From positions 273,643-337,642 of the forward strand of contig CAMXSN010000001.1 in the NCBI GenBank assembly GCA_947246685.1: DNA of 64,000 nt. The letters run 5' to 3'. The notes below the pieces were generated by a model, which saw nothing but the letters and a program-made list of their open reading frames with translations, had not been told where the DNA came from and did not search any database. Positions 1 to 10,269 of the stretch are shown here, piece by piece (the first letter of the stretch is position 1; each line of letters opens with the position of its first letter). A program made the position numbers and the translations under genes. This DNA is from an uncultured Clostridia bacterium (GTDB lineage: Bacteria > Bacillota > Clostridia > Christensenellales > UBA3700).

Positions 1-632
1 ACGTTTGCGGTGGCAAATCCTATTCCGCGACCTCTCTTGCTGCCGCATATAACGTCTCCGATTATAAAATACGGTTGTCCGAGATAGACGTTGGCTTTTT
101 TAAGATTGCCATCGATCAACAGTTCTCTTACCGTCGAAGACGATATCTTCATATCCCCGTCAAAGGCATAATCGACAACCGTCAAATCAATATCGTTATT
201 TTGACACCATTTTGCCAAAAACTCTACGTTGCCTGCCCCGTTCTTGCCAAAAGTATAATCTTCTCCGACAACAATACCTTCGATACTATTACCCTCTATC
301 AGGCAATCCAGAAAATCTTTAGGCGAAAGATTGGAAAATTGTCGGTCGAATTGCGCTGCGATGCAATAATCGACGTCCAATGAATCTAACTTTTTAAGTC
401 TCTCTTCAAAATTTAGGATTTGCCCCGACCGTTTGCCCAATATATCAAAAGGACTATTGAGAAAGGTAAAAACCGCGCTTTTGCAATTTTTCTTAAAGGC
501 TATAATCTTACATTCTTCTATAAGTTTGATATGCCCGATATGAATGCAATCGAAAAAGCCCAATGCGACGACTGCAGGATGAGCGATTGCTTTTGAATAT
601 TCGACTGTCTGTATACTTTTTTTTCTACTCAT
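1..632 (-). CDS. ribF: Riboflavin kinase/FMN adenylyltransferase, N-terminal part (runs off window edge)
   Basis: Open minus frame from ATG at 632 to position 1. It is absent from the ORF track because there is no stop in the window. My translation MSRKKSIQTVEYSKAIAHPAVVALGFFDCIHIGH... carries the G-x-FD-x-x-H-x-GH nucleotidyltransferase motif. It sits in the canonical position after truB. Confidence 0.85.
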   Translation of the reverse strand, partial: MSRKKSIQTVEYSKAIAHPAVVALGFFDCIHIGHIKLIEECKIIAFKKNCKSAVFTFLNSPFDILGKRSGQILNFEERLKKLDSLDVDYCIAAQFDRQFSNLSPKDFLDCLIEGNSIEGIVVGEDYTFGKNGAGNVEFLAKWCQNNDIDLTVVDYAFDGDMKISSSTVRELLIDGNLKKANVYLGQPYFIIGDVICGSKRGRGIGFATAN

Positions 633-1515
633 TTGTATTATCGTCCAGAAAACATACGGATTTTGCTTTGCCGCCGTCGACCTTAATGATAAAACGAGCT
701 TTTTGTCGGTAATACGCTCCGTACAAGCCGTCCTCAAACGACGATTCTACGGCAACTCCGTTTTTTAATTTTGCGTACTGCTCTCCGTCTATGTCGACAA
801 TAGGCGCGATTTGACTCAGCAATTCGCCTATATCTCTCACATTGTCGAGAGGCTTTGCCATAAATTGTTCGAGACTCACCGCGTCGCTCAAATCAAATCC
901 GGCGCATCCGTCTCTGACCAGCTCCGACATATATGCCGAACTTCCGCAACTTTCGGCGAGATCCGCGCATATACTCCTTATATACGTTCCTCCTCCGCAA
1001 GAGACGGAGACTTTCAGTTGACAGCACAGTTGTCCGCTAAGAACTTTGTCGAGTATTTCTATAGCAAAAATATTGACTTTCTTTGCGCTGATTTCAAAAT
1101 CTTTGCCGGCTCTCGCCAAATCGTAAGCGCGTCTGCCGTTGACGTTAACCGCGCTAAATTTTGGCGGAGTCTGCATTATCTCACCGTTAAGATTAGGCAA
1201 AAAATCAGTTATCTCACTATATTTTGGCAGTTGAGTGCATTTAACAACATTACCCGTCGCATCAACGGTATCTCTCTCTTCGCCGAAGACAAAAGTTGCC
1301 GTATATTTCTTAACTTTGGCAAGCATATAGTCAAAAAGTCTCGTAGCCTTGCCGAAAGCAACAATCAAGATACCGCTTGCCATCGGATCAAGCGTGCCCA
1401 TATGACCGCATTTTATTTTGCATCCCACAGCCTTGCTCAAAGAATTTCTGCATTTGATAACGACGTCGCTTGACGTCATGCCCGACGGTTTGTCTATAAT
1501 AGCAAATCCGTTCAT
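625..1515 (-). CDS. truB: tRNA pseudouridine-55 synthase
   Basis: Motif GHMGTLDPMASGIL with the catalytic Asp. The likely start is MNGFAIIDKP at 1515, which forms an ATGA overlap with the upstream stop. The track ORF extends to 1530. Confidence 0.93.
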   Translation of the reverse strand: MNGFAIIDKPSGMTSSDVVIKCRNSLSKAVGCKIKCGHMGTLDPMASGILIVAFGKATRLFDYMLAKVKKYTATFVFGEERDTVDATGNVVKCTQLPKYSEITDFLPNLNGEIMQTPPKFSAVNVNGRRAYDLARAGKDFEISAKKVNIFAIEILDKVLSGQLCCQLKVSVSCGGGTYIRSICADLAESCGSSAYMSELVRDGCAGFDLSDAVSLEQFMAKPLDNVRDIGELLSQIAPIVDIDGEQYAKLKNGVAVESSFEDGLYGAYYRQKARFIIKVDGGKAKSVCFLDDNTNE

Positions 1516-2474
1516 AATTCGTCTCTGCAAGCCTTCAACAGCTTGTCCTTAACGTCTTCAAAAAATCCCGAAATTCTGCAACCCGCGGCATTTTTGTGAC
1601 CGCCGCCGCCAAACGTCATAGTTATTCTCGACGCATCGACGCTCTCTCCCGTGCGCACGCTGACTTTATAGCTGTACGGCGTAGGCATTTCTGTGATTGC
1701 AACAGCTATTTCCACTCCTGTAATATCGCGTATATAATTGATAGCGCCTTCCGTATTATCGGGCGTGGTGCCTGTTTCTGCAAAATCCTGCTGGGTAAAT
1801 ATAATCATACCAATGCGATCGTTTTCATAAAATTTGGCTTTCGCAAGTGTCCTAGCCCTAAGCTTAAAGGTGTTCAACGGAACGTTTTTAAGAAAATGTT
1901 CGCATATTTCGCTAGCATTTATATCGTATTTGATGAGTTCTGACGCGACGGCGTGAGTTTGCGAGGAAACGCTGGAGAACGTAAAGCCGCCGCTGTCTGT
2001 CACGAGCCCGCTATAAAGCAGTTTTGCAACACCGTCGTCAAGACAGCTTTTGACCTGATTCATTCGACTGATCACCTTATACATTATCTCGCAAGTAGCG
2101 CTGACTCCCGCTTCTATGATATTGATATTACCGTATCTTTCGTTGGTCTTATGATGATCGATATTGACTCTCATTGCGGATTTTTTGAACAAATTGAGAT
2201 ATATCCCCATTCTTTCGGCGTCGGCGCAGTCGCATGCAATAGCGAGGTCAACCTTGCCGACCTCGCATATATTGTAATCTTCGCTTCCTTGCAATACCCG
2301 CAAAGAATCTTTGATTTGACTGTCGCAAAAAATATATACTTCTTTTTTTCCGTACAAATGCAACGCTCTATACAGAGCCAAAGCGCTTCCGCACGTATCT
2401 CCGTCCGGATTTTGATGACTTATGATAGCTATTGTATTGCTCCTGTCAACGGCTTTAATAAAATCTTCGTACAT
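1512..2474 (-). CDS. nrnA: DHH/DHHA1 phosphoesterase (NrnA-like oligoribonuclease/pAp phosphatase)
   Basis: Motifs HQNPDGDTCGS, DHHKTN and GGGHKNAAG. It lies between rbfA and truB, as in Bacillus. Confidence 0.85.
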   Translation of the reverse strand: MYEDFIKAVDRSNTIAIISHQNPDGDTCGSALALYRALHLYGKKEVYIFCDSQIKDSLRVLQGSEDYNICEVGKVDLAIACDCADAERMGIYLNLFKKSAMRVNIDHHKTNERYGNINIIEAGVSATCEIMYKVISRMNQVKSCLDDGVAKLLYSGLVTDSGGFTFSSVSSQTHAVASELIKYDINASEICEHFLKNVPLNTFKLRARTLAKAKFYENDRIGMIIFTQQDFAETGTTPDNTEGAINYIRDITGVEIAVAITEMPTPYSYKVSVRTGESVDASRITMTFGGGGHKNAAGCRISGFFEDVKDKLLKACRDEL

Positions 2475-2489
2475 ATTGCTCCAATCTAT

Positions 2490-2849
2490 TTAAGACTTTT
2501 TTTCCGAATTGATTTCGTCAATTATTCTGGAAATCTTCATACCGTAATCGAGACTGTTGTCGTATATAAATCTCAATGCCGGCATGCTCCTCAATTTAAT
2601 CTTGGACTTAAGACAGGATTTTATGTGTCCTTCTGCGCTGTTGAGACCGTCAAGCACTTCTTTTTCCCTGCCTTGAGCGCCCAACACACTGACGTAAACT
2701 TGCGCTAATGTCAAGTCCGAATCCACGCTGACTTCCGTCACGCAAATTATTTTGCCTGCGACTCGAGGATCGTTGACGCCGTCTCGGAGCACTATCGAAA
2801 GTTGCTTTTTTAATTCGGCGTTAATTCTGTCTGTCCTATTCATGCTCAA
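2490..2849 (-). CDS. rbfA: Ribosome-binding factor A
   Basis: 119 aa, starting [21 protein letters not shown], immediately after infB. Confidence 0.9.
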   Translation of the reverse strand: MSMNRTDRINAELKKQLSIVLRDGVNDPRVAGKIICVTEVSVDSDLTLAQVYVSVLGAQGREKEVLDGLNSAEGHIKSCLKSKIKLRSMPALRFIYDNSLDYGMKISRIIDEINSEKKS

Positions 2850-5319
2850 TCTGCTCCAGTATATAGCTCTCTATTACGTCACCGACTTTGACGTCGTTGA
2901 ATTTCTCTAGTCCGATACCGCATTCATATCCGCTCGCAACTTCTTTTGCGTCGTCCTTTTCTCTCTTCAAAGAGCTAAGCACGCCTTCATATATGATAAT
3001 ATTGTCTCTGACTAGACGGACTTTGGAATTTCTGGCTACCTTACCGTCGGTAATATAGCTTCCCGCAATAGTGCCGACGTTGGAAATCCTGAAAGTAGCG
3101 CGTACTTCCGCATGTCCGAGTATAACTTCTTTGTAAGTCGGTTCCAACATACCTTTGAGCGCCTTTTCAACGTCGTTTATCGTGTCGTAAATAATACTGT
3201 AATGCTTGATATCAATATTACTTCTGTCTGCAAGAGCCTGAGCTTTCGCTTCTGCTTTGACGTTGAACGCTATTATGACTGCTCCGGCCGTATCGGCAAG
3301 CATGACGTCGGATTCGTTGATAGCGCCTACTGCGCTGTGTACTATCGTAATCTTGACGTTGTCCTCTTTCATGTCGTCGTTGAGTTTAAGCAAAGACTGC
3401 TTAACTGCCTCGACAGAACCTTGTACGTCGCCTTTAATTATAAGTCTTAGTATCTTGACGTCGCTGGACTGCACGTTTTTGAACATATCGTCGAGACTTC
3501 TCGCATTGCTGCGCATCTGCATCTCGGAACGCTCTTTATCCAATCTCTCCTGAGCGACTTTCTTAGCAAGCTTTTCATCTTTGACCACTACCATTATATC
3601 GCCGGCGTTAGGCACTTCGGAAAAGCCCTGAACCTGTACGGCGTAGGACGGAAAAGCCTCTTTTACTCTCTTACCCGTATAATCGGTCATATCTCTTATT
3701 TTTCCGATAGCCGTTCCCGCAACTATATAATCCGATACTTTGAGAGTACCGTTTTGCACGAGTATCGTAGCGACCGGACCTTTTCCCTTATCAAGACTTG
3801 CCTCGATGATCGAACCGGTTGCCGGACACTTTTTATTGGCTTTCAATTCCATTACTTCTGCAACGAGCAGCACGTTTTCGAGCAATTCTTTGACGCCCTG
3901 TCCCGTCTTTGCGCTCACAGGACATACCATAATGTCGCCGCCCCAATCTTCAGCAAGCAAATCATAATTGGTGAGCTGTTGTTTTATCCTATCGAGATTG
4001 CCGTCTGTCTTATCGATTTTATTGACCGCAACAACGATAGATACTCCTGCTTCTTTAGCGTGATTGATAGCTTCGACCGTCTGAGGCATTATTCCGTCGT
4101 CAGCCGCAACGACGATTATGGCAATATCGGTTACGTTGGCGCCTCTCTTTCTCATAGCCGTAAACGCTTCGTGTCCAGGAGTGTCGAGGAAGGTTATCTT
4201 TTCGCCGTTAAGATCAATCGTGTATGCGCCGATATGCTGCGTTATGCCGCCTGCTTCGCCGCTGACGACGTTTGACTTTCTGATATAGTCAAGCAACGAC
4301 GTTTTACCGTGGTCAACGTGACCCATAATCGTGACGATAGGAGGTCTCTTGACCAGCTTGGCGCTGTCAACCTGCTGTGTGCTGATGATATCTTTGAGTT
4401 TATCTTCCGCGGACTTGTCGACTTTCAATTCGAGAGTAATGTCATAATCTACTGCGACCATCTCCGCTTCTTCAAAACTGATAGCGTCGTTGATGGTAGC
4501 GAATTTACCCATATCAAAAAGTTTCTTAACTATTTCCGCTGCCGATTTGCCGATCTTTTCGCTGAAAGCCTTTATCGTGACGTTCTCGCTAGTGATAACT
4601 GCATGATCGATCTTGACGTATTGCGGAGAGTTGATTTCTTTCTTGGATTTTTTGACCTTGACGTATCTTGCCGTATCCGCGTCGTCCTCCAAAGACGTAT
4701 CGTATACGTAGCCCTTTTTGAAAAGGTCTCTCTTATTCATACCTTTTTTGCTGTCGTCTTTTGAAAATCCGCTTTTTACCTCTTTCTTCTTTTTAATGTC
4801 GGTCTTGAAATTGGTGTTGGGAGCAGGAGCAACGTTCTCGACCTTAGCTCTGCCCGGAACAAACGGTCTTTGCGCCGTAGAATTGGTTCTGTTGGGCGCG
4901 CCAGTTTTATTCCTGTCGAAAGTCTGCGGTCTGTTAGAATCCGTTCTCGGACCTCCTCTTCTCACCATTTCGGGATTGATATAAGTCTGAGATTTCTGCG
5001 GCTCGCTCTGTTTTTGAGTTTGTTCGACCTGCGGCTCCTTTACTTCTTTATCCGAAGAGTCGTCAAGTACTTGTTCGGTATTTTCCCGAACAACTTGTTC
5101 CGCAGTCTCTTCCGTCAATATCTCTTCGTCTTCTTCCGGCAATTCATACGACTGCTGAATTTTCTCCTGTTTGAGAGCGATGACTTTATCGACAAGTTCC
5201 TTTATTCTGCTCTTAGATAAAGCGACGTTGTTGAGAAACGGTCTTGACGTCTCTCTGACAAATACTTCTATCTCCTTCAAGCTTTTGAACTGTTCATTTT
5301 TGTTTTCGTTGTTGCTCAC
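2836..5319 (-). CDS. infB: Translation initiation factor IF-2
   Basis: GTPase motifs [20 protein letters not shown] and NKID. It has a charged low-complexity N-terminus. Confidence 0.97.
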   Translation of the reverse strand: MSNNENKNEQFKSLKEIEVFVRETSRPFLNNVALSKSRIKELVDKVIALKQEKIQQSYELPEEDEEILTEETAEQVVRENTEQVLDDSSDKEVKEPQVEQTQKQSEPQKSQTYINPEMVRRGGPRTDSNRPQTFDRNKTGAPNRTNSTAQRPFVPGRAKVENVAPAPNTNFKTDIKKKKEVKSGFSKDDSKKGMNKRDLFKKGYVYDTSLEDDADTARYVKVKKSKKEINSPQYVKIDHAVITSENVTIKAFSEKIGKSAAEIVKKLFDMGKFATINDAISFEEAEMVAVDYDITLELKVDKSAEDKLKDIISTQQVDSAKLVKRPPIVTIMGHVDHGKTSLLDYIRKSNVVSGEAGGITQHIGAYTIDLNGEKITFLDTPGHEAFTAMRKRGANVTDIAIIVVAADDGIMPQTVEAINHAKEAGVSIVVAVNKIDKTDGNLDRIKQQLTNYDLLAEDWGGDIMVCPVSAKTGQGVKELLENVLLVAEVMELKANKKCPATGSIIEASLDKGKGPVATILVQNGTLKVSDYIVAGTAIGKIRDMTDYTGKRVKEAFPSYAVQVQGFSEVPNAGDIMVVVKDEKLAKKVAQERLDKERSEMQMRSNARSLDDMFKNVQSSDVKILRLIIKGDVQGSVEAVKQSLLKLNDDMKEDNVKITIVHSAVGAINESDVMLADTAGAVIIAFNVKAEAKAQALADRSNIDIKHYSIIYDTINDVEKALKGMLEPTYKEVILGHAEVRATFRISNVGTIAGSYITDGKVARNSKVRLVRDNIIIYEGVLSSLKREKDDAKEVASGYECGIGLEKFNDVKVGDVIESYILEQIEHE

Positions 5320-5340
5320 AAAAACACCTCCGATATTTCT

Positions 5341-5652
5341 TTATTCGCAATTAGCTAAAATCGCGTTGCCGAGAGATTCGTCCGTAACCGACAGTACTCT
5401 GACGTTCTCTCTTTTTAGTAAATCATTCAAATGATTTGCAGGCACTAGTAATGACTTGACCTGCTTTTTTTCGCAATATGCCGCGAGCTGTTTTGCGCTG
5501 CTAACACCTAAAGCCTCGTCGTATAATACGACTACAGGGTTTTTTCTGGCTCTTTCCAGATTGTCCAAACCCCAAATTACCTTGCCGGCTCTTACGGCAA
5601 AGTTGACGTAACTGTCAATTTTGCTTATCGGAATATTGCTTTTTAATCGCAT
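5341..5652 (-). CDS. ylxQ: L7Ae-family RNA-binding protein YlxQ
   Basis: 103 aa between ylxR and infB. The segment FAVRAGKVIWG resembles the YlxQ N-terminus. The exact start is uncertain because it overlaps the ylxR end. Confidence 0.75.
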   Translation of the reverse strand: MRLKSNIPISKIDSYVNFAVRAGKVIWGLDNLERARKNPVVVLYDEALGVSSAKQLAAYCEKKQVKSLLVPANHLNDLLKRENVRVLSVTDESLGNAILANCE

Positions 5653-5881
5653 CGTATACCTCGGCGCTTATTTCCTGCTCGAAACATTTGTTGAGAAGTC
5701 GTTGCTTAGCGCACTTTTCTATACATTGCGCGCTGTCGCAGACGTATGCGCCCCTTCCCGATTTTTTGCCTGTGAAGTCAAGCGAGATATTGTTGTCTTT
5801 ATCCTTGACTATTCTCAGCATTAGTCTTTTTTCATAAGCGTTTCTGCACGCTATGCACATTCTTACGGGCGGTTTTTTCAT
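5615..5881 (-). CDS. ylxR: YlxR (DUF448) RNA-binding protein
   Basis: The sequence MKKPPVRMCIACR...GRGAYVC is typical of YlxR. It lies directly after nusA. Confidence 0.88.
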   Translation of the reverse strand: MKKPPVRMCIACRNAYEKRLMLRIVKDKDNNISLDFTGKKSGRGAYVCDSAQCIEKCAKQRLLNKCFEQEISAEVYDAIKKQYSDKQN

Positions 5882-5882
5882 C

Positions 5883-6965
5883 TTATTCGTTGACTATATC
5901 TTCTATATCGCCGCTTTCTCCGGCAACCGACGAGAATGGCTTGACGTCGATTTTCCACTCGGTGAGTTTTGCCGCAAGTCTGACGTTCTGTCCCGATTTG
6001 CCGATAGCAAGCGAAAGTTTATCGTCTTCTACTATAGCTCTTGCGCTCTTCTCTTCGGGATTGAGCATAACGGCGATAACCTTTGCCGGAGACAACGCTC
6101 TGGATATATATTCTCCCATATCCTGACTGTATCCGATGATATCGATTTTCTCTCCGCCGAGTTCCTGCACGACGCTGTTGATACGCATACCTTTCTGTCC
6201 GATGCAGCTGCCTACCGCGTCGATTGAAGAATCCTCCGCATACACAGCCATCTTAGTACGGTATCCCGCCTCTCTGACGATTCTTTTGATATTGACGAGA
6301 TTGGCTTTGATTTCCGGAACTTCCATCTCAAACAGCTTTTTGACGAATCCGTTGCACGCTCTCGATACCATTACCTGAGTTGCGCCGCGGCTTGTGGTGC
6401 GAACGCTCTTAACGTATACGTTGATAACGTCGTTGACGCCGTACTTTTCTCCTCTTATCTGCTCGGACGGCAACATTACGCCTTCGAGCTGAGTGCCTGC
6501 CATTTCGAGATAAACGGTGTCGTTCTCCACTCTTCTGACGATACCTTTGACAATCTCGCCCTCTTTGTTGTTCATCTCGTCTTTGATAAGTTCTTTAACG
6601 ATTTCATTGTTTCTTTGCATTATGACTTGCTTAGCGGTCTGCGCTGCAATACGGCTCAAAGTCTTGGGCGTAACTTCTTCTTTGACGAGGTCGCCTATTT
6701 TGTACGAAGACTTTACGGATTTTGCGTCTGCAAGAGAAATTTCTTTCTCGGCGTCCTCGACTTCTTCGACAACGGTCTTATACGCAAAAATTCTTATCTC
6801 CGAACGCTGAGGATTGAGCACGACCATTACGGGTCTTGCTTCGCCGCTTTCTTTTTTGTAAGCTACTGCCAAACCCGCTTCGAGAGATTCGATAAACTGT
6901 TCTTTCTCGATTTTCTTTTCTTTTTCAAGCGCGTCAAGCGCAGCAAAGAAATCTTTGTTAATCAT
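5883..6965 (-). CDS. nusA: Transcription termination/antitermination factor NusA
   Basis: 360 aa with an S1/KH layout, including GxxG motifs (CIGQKGMRI, AIGKSGQNVRLA), in the rimP-nusA-infB operon. Confidence 0.96.
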   Translation of the reverse strand: MINKDFFAALDALEKEKKIEKEQFIESLEAGLAVAYKKESGEARPVMVVLNPQRSEIRIFAYKTVVEEVEDAEKEISLADAKSVKSSYKIGDLVKEEVTPKTLSRIAAQTAKQVIMQRNNEIVKELIKDEMNNKEGEIVKGIVRRVENDTVYLEMAGTQLEGVMLPSEQIRGEKYGVNDVINVYVKSVRTTSRGATQVMVSRACNGFVKKLFEMEVPEIKANLVNIKRIVREAGYRTKMAVYAEDSSIDAVGSCIGQKGMRINSVVQELGGEKIDIIGYSQDMGEYISRALSPAKVIAVMLNPEEKSARAIVEDDKLSLAIGKSGQNVRLAAKLTEWKIDVKPFSSVAGESGDIEDIVNE

Positions 6966-6974
6966 TTTGTCCTC

Positions 6975-7448
6975 CTAGAAGATTATAGCTTCTCTTATCA
7001 ACGCTATATCTTTGATATTAAGTTTTATATTTTTTGTTTTGTATTCCAATTCGACAATGCGCTGCCCGTCGTCGTATCCGATGAGTTTTGCATTGAATTT
7101 TTTGACTTTGCCAAGTTCTGCGACCGGCTTATACAGCGACACTTCCATCTCCATTCCCATCTTTTTGACAAAATCTCTCTCGGTTTTGAGCGGTCTGTCT
7201 ATACCCGGAGAGGATACGTTGAGATTATAGGGTTTGCCGTCTGTCGGATCAAGTTCGTCCATAGGCTGATCTATCGCGTTGTGAATTAGTTCGCAATCGT
7301 CCAACGTCACGCCGCCTTCTTTGTCGATATATACGATTACGGTGTCTTGTCCGTAGAGATTTTTGTACTCTACTTCAACGACTTCCATACCGTTATTTTC
7401 TACTATCGGCGCAATCAGCGCAAATACCGATTCTGTGATTTTAGACAT
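6975..7448 (-). CDS. rimP: Ribosome maturation factor RimP
   Basis: 157 aa in the position before nusA. It contains a VSSPGIDRPL motif. Confidence 0.92.
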   Translation of the reverse strand: MSKITESVFALIAPIVENNGMEVVEVEYKNLYGQDTVIVYIDKEGGVTLDDCELIHNAIDQPMDELDPTDGKPYNLNVSSPGIDRPLKTERDFVKKMGMEMEVSLYKPVAELGKVKKFNAKLIGYDDGQRIVELEYKTKNIKLNIKDIALIREAIIF

Positions 7449-7470
7449 ACTACCTCATTATACAGTTTTA

Positions 7471-7495
7471 GAGCGACTGCTTTTTGCAGTCGCTC
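7471..7495 (-). promoter_or_regulatory. Perfect 10-bp hairpin in the rimP-nusA leader (possible attenuator)
   Basis: GAGCGACTGC-N5-GCAGTCGCTC lies between the predicted promoter and the rimP SD. There is no U-tract after it. Confidence 0.4.
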
Positions 7496-7515
7496 AATTC
7501 AACTATTGCAATAAT

Positions 7516-7544
7516 AATATAGCATATTTATTCGCCGCTTGCAA
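7516..7544 (-). promoter_or_regulatory. Sigma-A type promoter for the rimP-nusA-infB operon
   Basis: On the minus strand: TTGCAA, 17 nt, then TATATT preceded by TGc (extended -10). Confidence 0.5.
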
Positions 7545-7602
7545 CAATTTTATTCAATATTTATATTAAATATTAAAAATATTATAATAAAACGCCGTAT
7601 TA

Positions 7603-9204
7603 TCAAGCGTCGCCTTCCGTCTGCCTGTATAGATCGTCCATCATCTTAACGAACACCTTTGCCGTCGCCTCGGCGTCTTCGTATGCCCTGTGCGCGTTTT
7701 TGTTGACGATTTTGTAATGATTGCACAGCGCGTTCAAGCTGTGATGACGCAAATGCTTGAGTATTCGCCGCGCCTCGGTCAGCGAATCTATCAATTCGTT
7801 GTTGAATGCGATACCCGCATTGTCGCAGCAACGCTTAATAATCTTGAAATCAAATCCGTTGCCGTTGTGAGCTATCAGCTTATAACCTCGGCAGTATTCG
7901 ATGAAATATTCAAGAACATCTTCTATATACGGCGCGTTTTTGACGTCGTCGTCATAGATATGATTTACGGCGGACGCTCCCTCGGGAATATGTCTGTTGG
8001 GATCAATCAAAGTGTTGTAAAATTCGGTGATCCTTCCCTCTTCCAATTTCACCGCGCCGATTTCTATGATGTCGTCCGCGTCGGTATTAGTGCCCGTGGT
8101 TTCCAAATCGAATACGACGAACTTATTGTTCATAATATAATCGCAATGTCCGACCAAATCAAAAAGATTTTCGCTGATATCGACTTCGTATTTTTTTGGA
8201 TAGTTGAACACCTTGATTTTGTTGGCTTTTTTGATATTCTCTCTGCGCTGTTGAAGATTTTCGTAATTTATTCTGCAAAGAGCTAACTTGACAACCGTCA
8301 ATTCGTTTTTGCCCGAATATTCGCTGTTGCGATAATTGCCGAAGATAACCACGTCGTCGCCGTCTTTAAGCCCGTCAAGACAGGTTGCGAATTCAGAGTT
8401 TCTGTCTTTTGACTTTCTAATTCTTGCAAAATACAGACAATCCATACTGCCTGTGCTGTCGTCGATGACAAACTTAAACAGCACTTTTTTTACCCTTCTA
8501 TCCGGACTGGTTTTGTCGACGATATTGATTCTTTTGAGTTCTCTAACCGTGCCGCAGACGCAGACGCCGTCCATTTCTTTTTTATATTTATCAATATAGC
8601 GAGGTTTTCTACCGATATCTTTTCCTATGTAATAATGATAATCCCCAATGATATCTATCTCTCCGATATCGACGTAATGCACGTTTTCTCTGTCTTCGAG
8701 AATCTCCTCCGCGTCTATCTGCTTGGATACGTTGATTCGTACGACAACTTTATCCGTGCAGTTTTGAGCGTAAATAAACTTTGCCAGCTTGTCCTTAAAG
8801 CCGCTGTTTTCGCAATAATGCACCACGGGACTGGACATGTAGAGATCTATCACAATCTTTTGTTCGCCGTCTATTTCTATCTCCGTCATACCCGCGTCAT
8901 ACTGTCCTATGAGCGTATGATATCTTGCCGAAATAAAGTTGATGACTTGTTTGAGTATGGCTTCTTTATTGAGTCTGTTTTTAACAAAAGCGATTTTAAG
9001 AGAAAAAGTTTCGGGAACCTGGCTTCTGCAAAATTCCTCGATAATCTTTTTATCTTCGTCGGAAAACTGATCGTCGGTTATGCTCTGCGGCAACAGACAA
9101 ACCACGGACAGAGAGCCCGTCCCTATGTCCAAGTTGGATTTGCTGATACGCAAAAATTGGTATTTATTATTTGTCGCTTCGTTTAATTTATCGATGAATT
9201 GCAT
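7603..9204 (-). CDS. PolC-N-terminal-like protein: NTD + OB fold + DEDDh 3'-5' exonuclease, with no polymerase or PHP domain
   Basis: Exo motifs FVVFDLETTG, LIAHNGNGFDF and HRAYEDAEA. An OB-like segment is CVCGTVRELK...FKFVIDDSTGSMDCLYF...DVVIFGNY. It occupies the slot between ispG and rimP where Firmicutes usually carry polC. Confidence 0.8.
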   Translation of the reverse strand: MQFIDKLNEATNNKYQFLRISKSNLDIGTGSLSVVCLLPQSITDDQFSDEDKKIIEEFCRSQVPETFSLKIAFVKNRLNKEAILKQVINFISARYHTLIGQYDAGMTEIEIDGEQKIVIDLYMSSPVVHYCENSGFKDKLAKFIYAQNCTDKVVVRINVSKQIDAEEILEDRENVHYVDIGEIDIIGDYHYYIGKDIGRKPRYIDKYKKEMDGVCVCGTVRELKRINIVDKTSPDRRVKKVLFKFVIDDSTGSMDCLYFARIRKSKDRNSEFATCLDGLKDGDDVVIFGNYRNSEYSGKNELTVVKLALCRINYENLQQRRENIKKANKIKVFNYPKKYEVDISENLFDLVGHCDYIMNNKFVVFDLETTGTNTDADDIIEIGAVKLEEGRITEFYNTLIDPNRHIPEGASAVNHIYDDDVKNAPYIEDVLEYFIEYCRGYKLIAHNGNGFDFKIIKRCCDNAGIAFNNELIDSLTEARRILKHLRHHSLNALCNHYKIVNKNAHRAYEDAEATAKVFVKMMDDLYRQTEGDA

Positions 9205-9219
9205 TTTCCTATGTATTTA

Positions 9220-10257
9220 TCAACTTTGGTATTCTTCTATATTTTTCCTCAATTCGGTAAGGATATCTTCGTTGTTTACCGTACGCACGTATTCGCCGTC
9301 GACAAAAATCGCAGACTTTTCTTTTCCGCCTGCTACGCCGAGATTTGCCCCCTGAGATTCGCCTATGCCGTTGACAACGCATCCCATGACGGCGATTTTA
9401 AGCGGTTTTGCTACGTCTGCGCACATCTTTTCCACCTGCTCGGCAAGCGCCTTGACCTGTATATTCGTCCTTGCGCAAGTAGGACACGATATAATCTCGC
9501 AATACGGCTTGTCATATTTACCGCATGCTTTCAATATATCTTTTGCAGCTTCGACTTCTTTAACGGGATCGTCGCTCAAAGACACTCTTACCGTGTCTCC
9601 TATATCTTCGCACAGCAACGCTCCAATGCCTATAGCCGATTTGACTACTCCGGTATGATACAGCCCCGCTTCGGTCACACCGAGATGCAAAGGATAATCA
9701 CACGCCGCGGCAATAAGTCTATACGTCTCTATCATTGTCTTGACGTCGGATGATTTTGCAGATATGACTATATCGTAAAAATTGCATTTTTCAAGTACCG
9801 ACACGTACTCCAACGCGCTGTCTCTCATTGCGACGGCAAGCGGTTTTGACTTATGAGCCGCGTCCAACGATCCTCCGTTGACGCCTATTCTCAGCGCGAT
9901 TCCTCTTTCTTTTAGATAATCGGCAAGATATTTTGCCTTTTCCGCTCCGCCTATGTTGCCGGGATTTATTCTGATCTTACTCACGCCGGCGTCGGCTGAC
10001 ATAATAGCTAGTTTATGCGAAAAATGTATATCCGCTATTATCGGTACGTCAACGTTTGCAATAATCTCTTTAAGCGCCTCCGCGCTCTGTTCATCGGGAA
10101 CAGAACATCTGACAAGCTGACAACCGACTTGCTCGAGTTGTTTAATCTGTGCAATCGTTGCGTCTACGTCCGAGGTCTTAGTGTTGGTCATAGATTGTAT
10201 CGACACCTTGCCGTCGCCTATACGGACGTTGCCAACATTAACGATTCTTTTGTTCAT
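9220..10257 (-). CDS. ispG: 4-hydroxy-3-methylbut-2-enyl diphosphate synthase
   Basis: 345 aa. The Fe-S cysteines lie in SCPTCARTN and MGCVVNGIGES. Confidence 0.95.
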   Translation of the reverse strand: MNKRIVNVGNVRIGDGKVSIQSMTNTKTSDVDATIAQIKQLEQVGCQLVRCSVPDEQSAEALKEIIANVDVPIIADIHFSHKLAIMSADAGVSKIRINPGNIGGAEKAKYLADYLKERGIALRIGVNGGSLDAAHKSKPLAVAMRDSALEYVSVLEKCNFYDIVISAKSSDVKTMIETYRLIAAACDYPLHLGVTEAGLYHTGVVKSAIGIGALLCEDIGDTVRVSLSDDPVKEVEAAKDILKACGKYDKPYCEIISCPTCARTNIQVKALAEQVEKMCADVAKPLKIAVMGCVVNGIGESQGANLGVAGGKEKSAIFVDGEYVRTVNNEDILTELRKNIEEYQS

Positions 10258-10269
10258 AATTCACCTCTT

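Noticed and set aside
7603-9204. Whether the short PolC-like gene is a pseudogene fragment of polC.
   Set aside because: The frame is open for 533 codons with a plausible start and stop and intact exonuclease catalytic motifs. No downstream polymerase-like remnants exist in the 150 nt before rimP. It is therefore treated as an intact gene.
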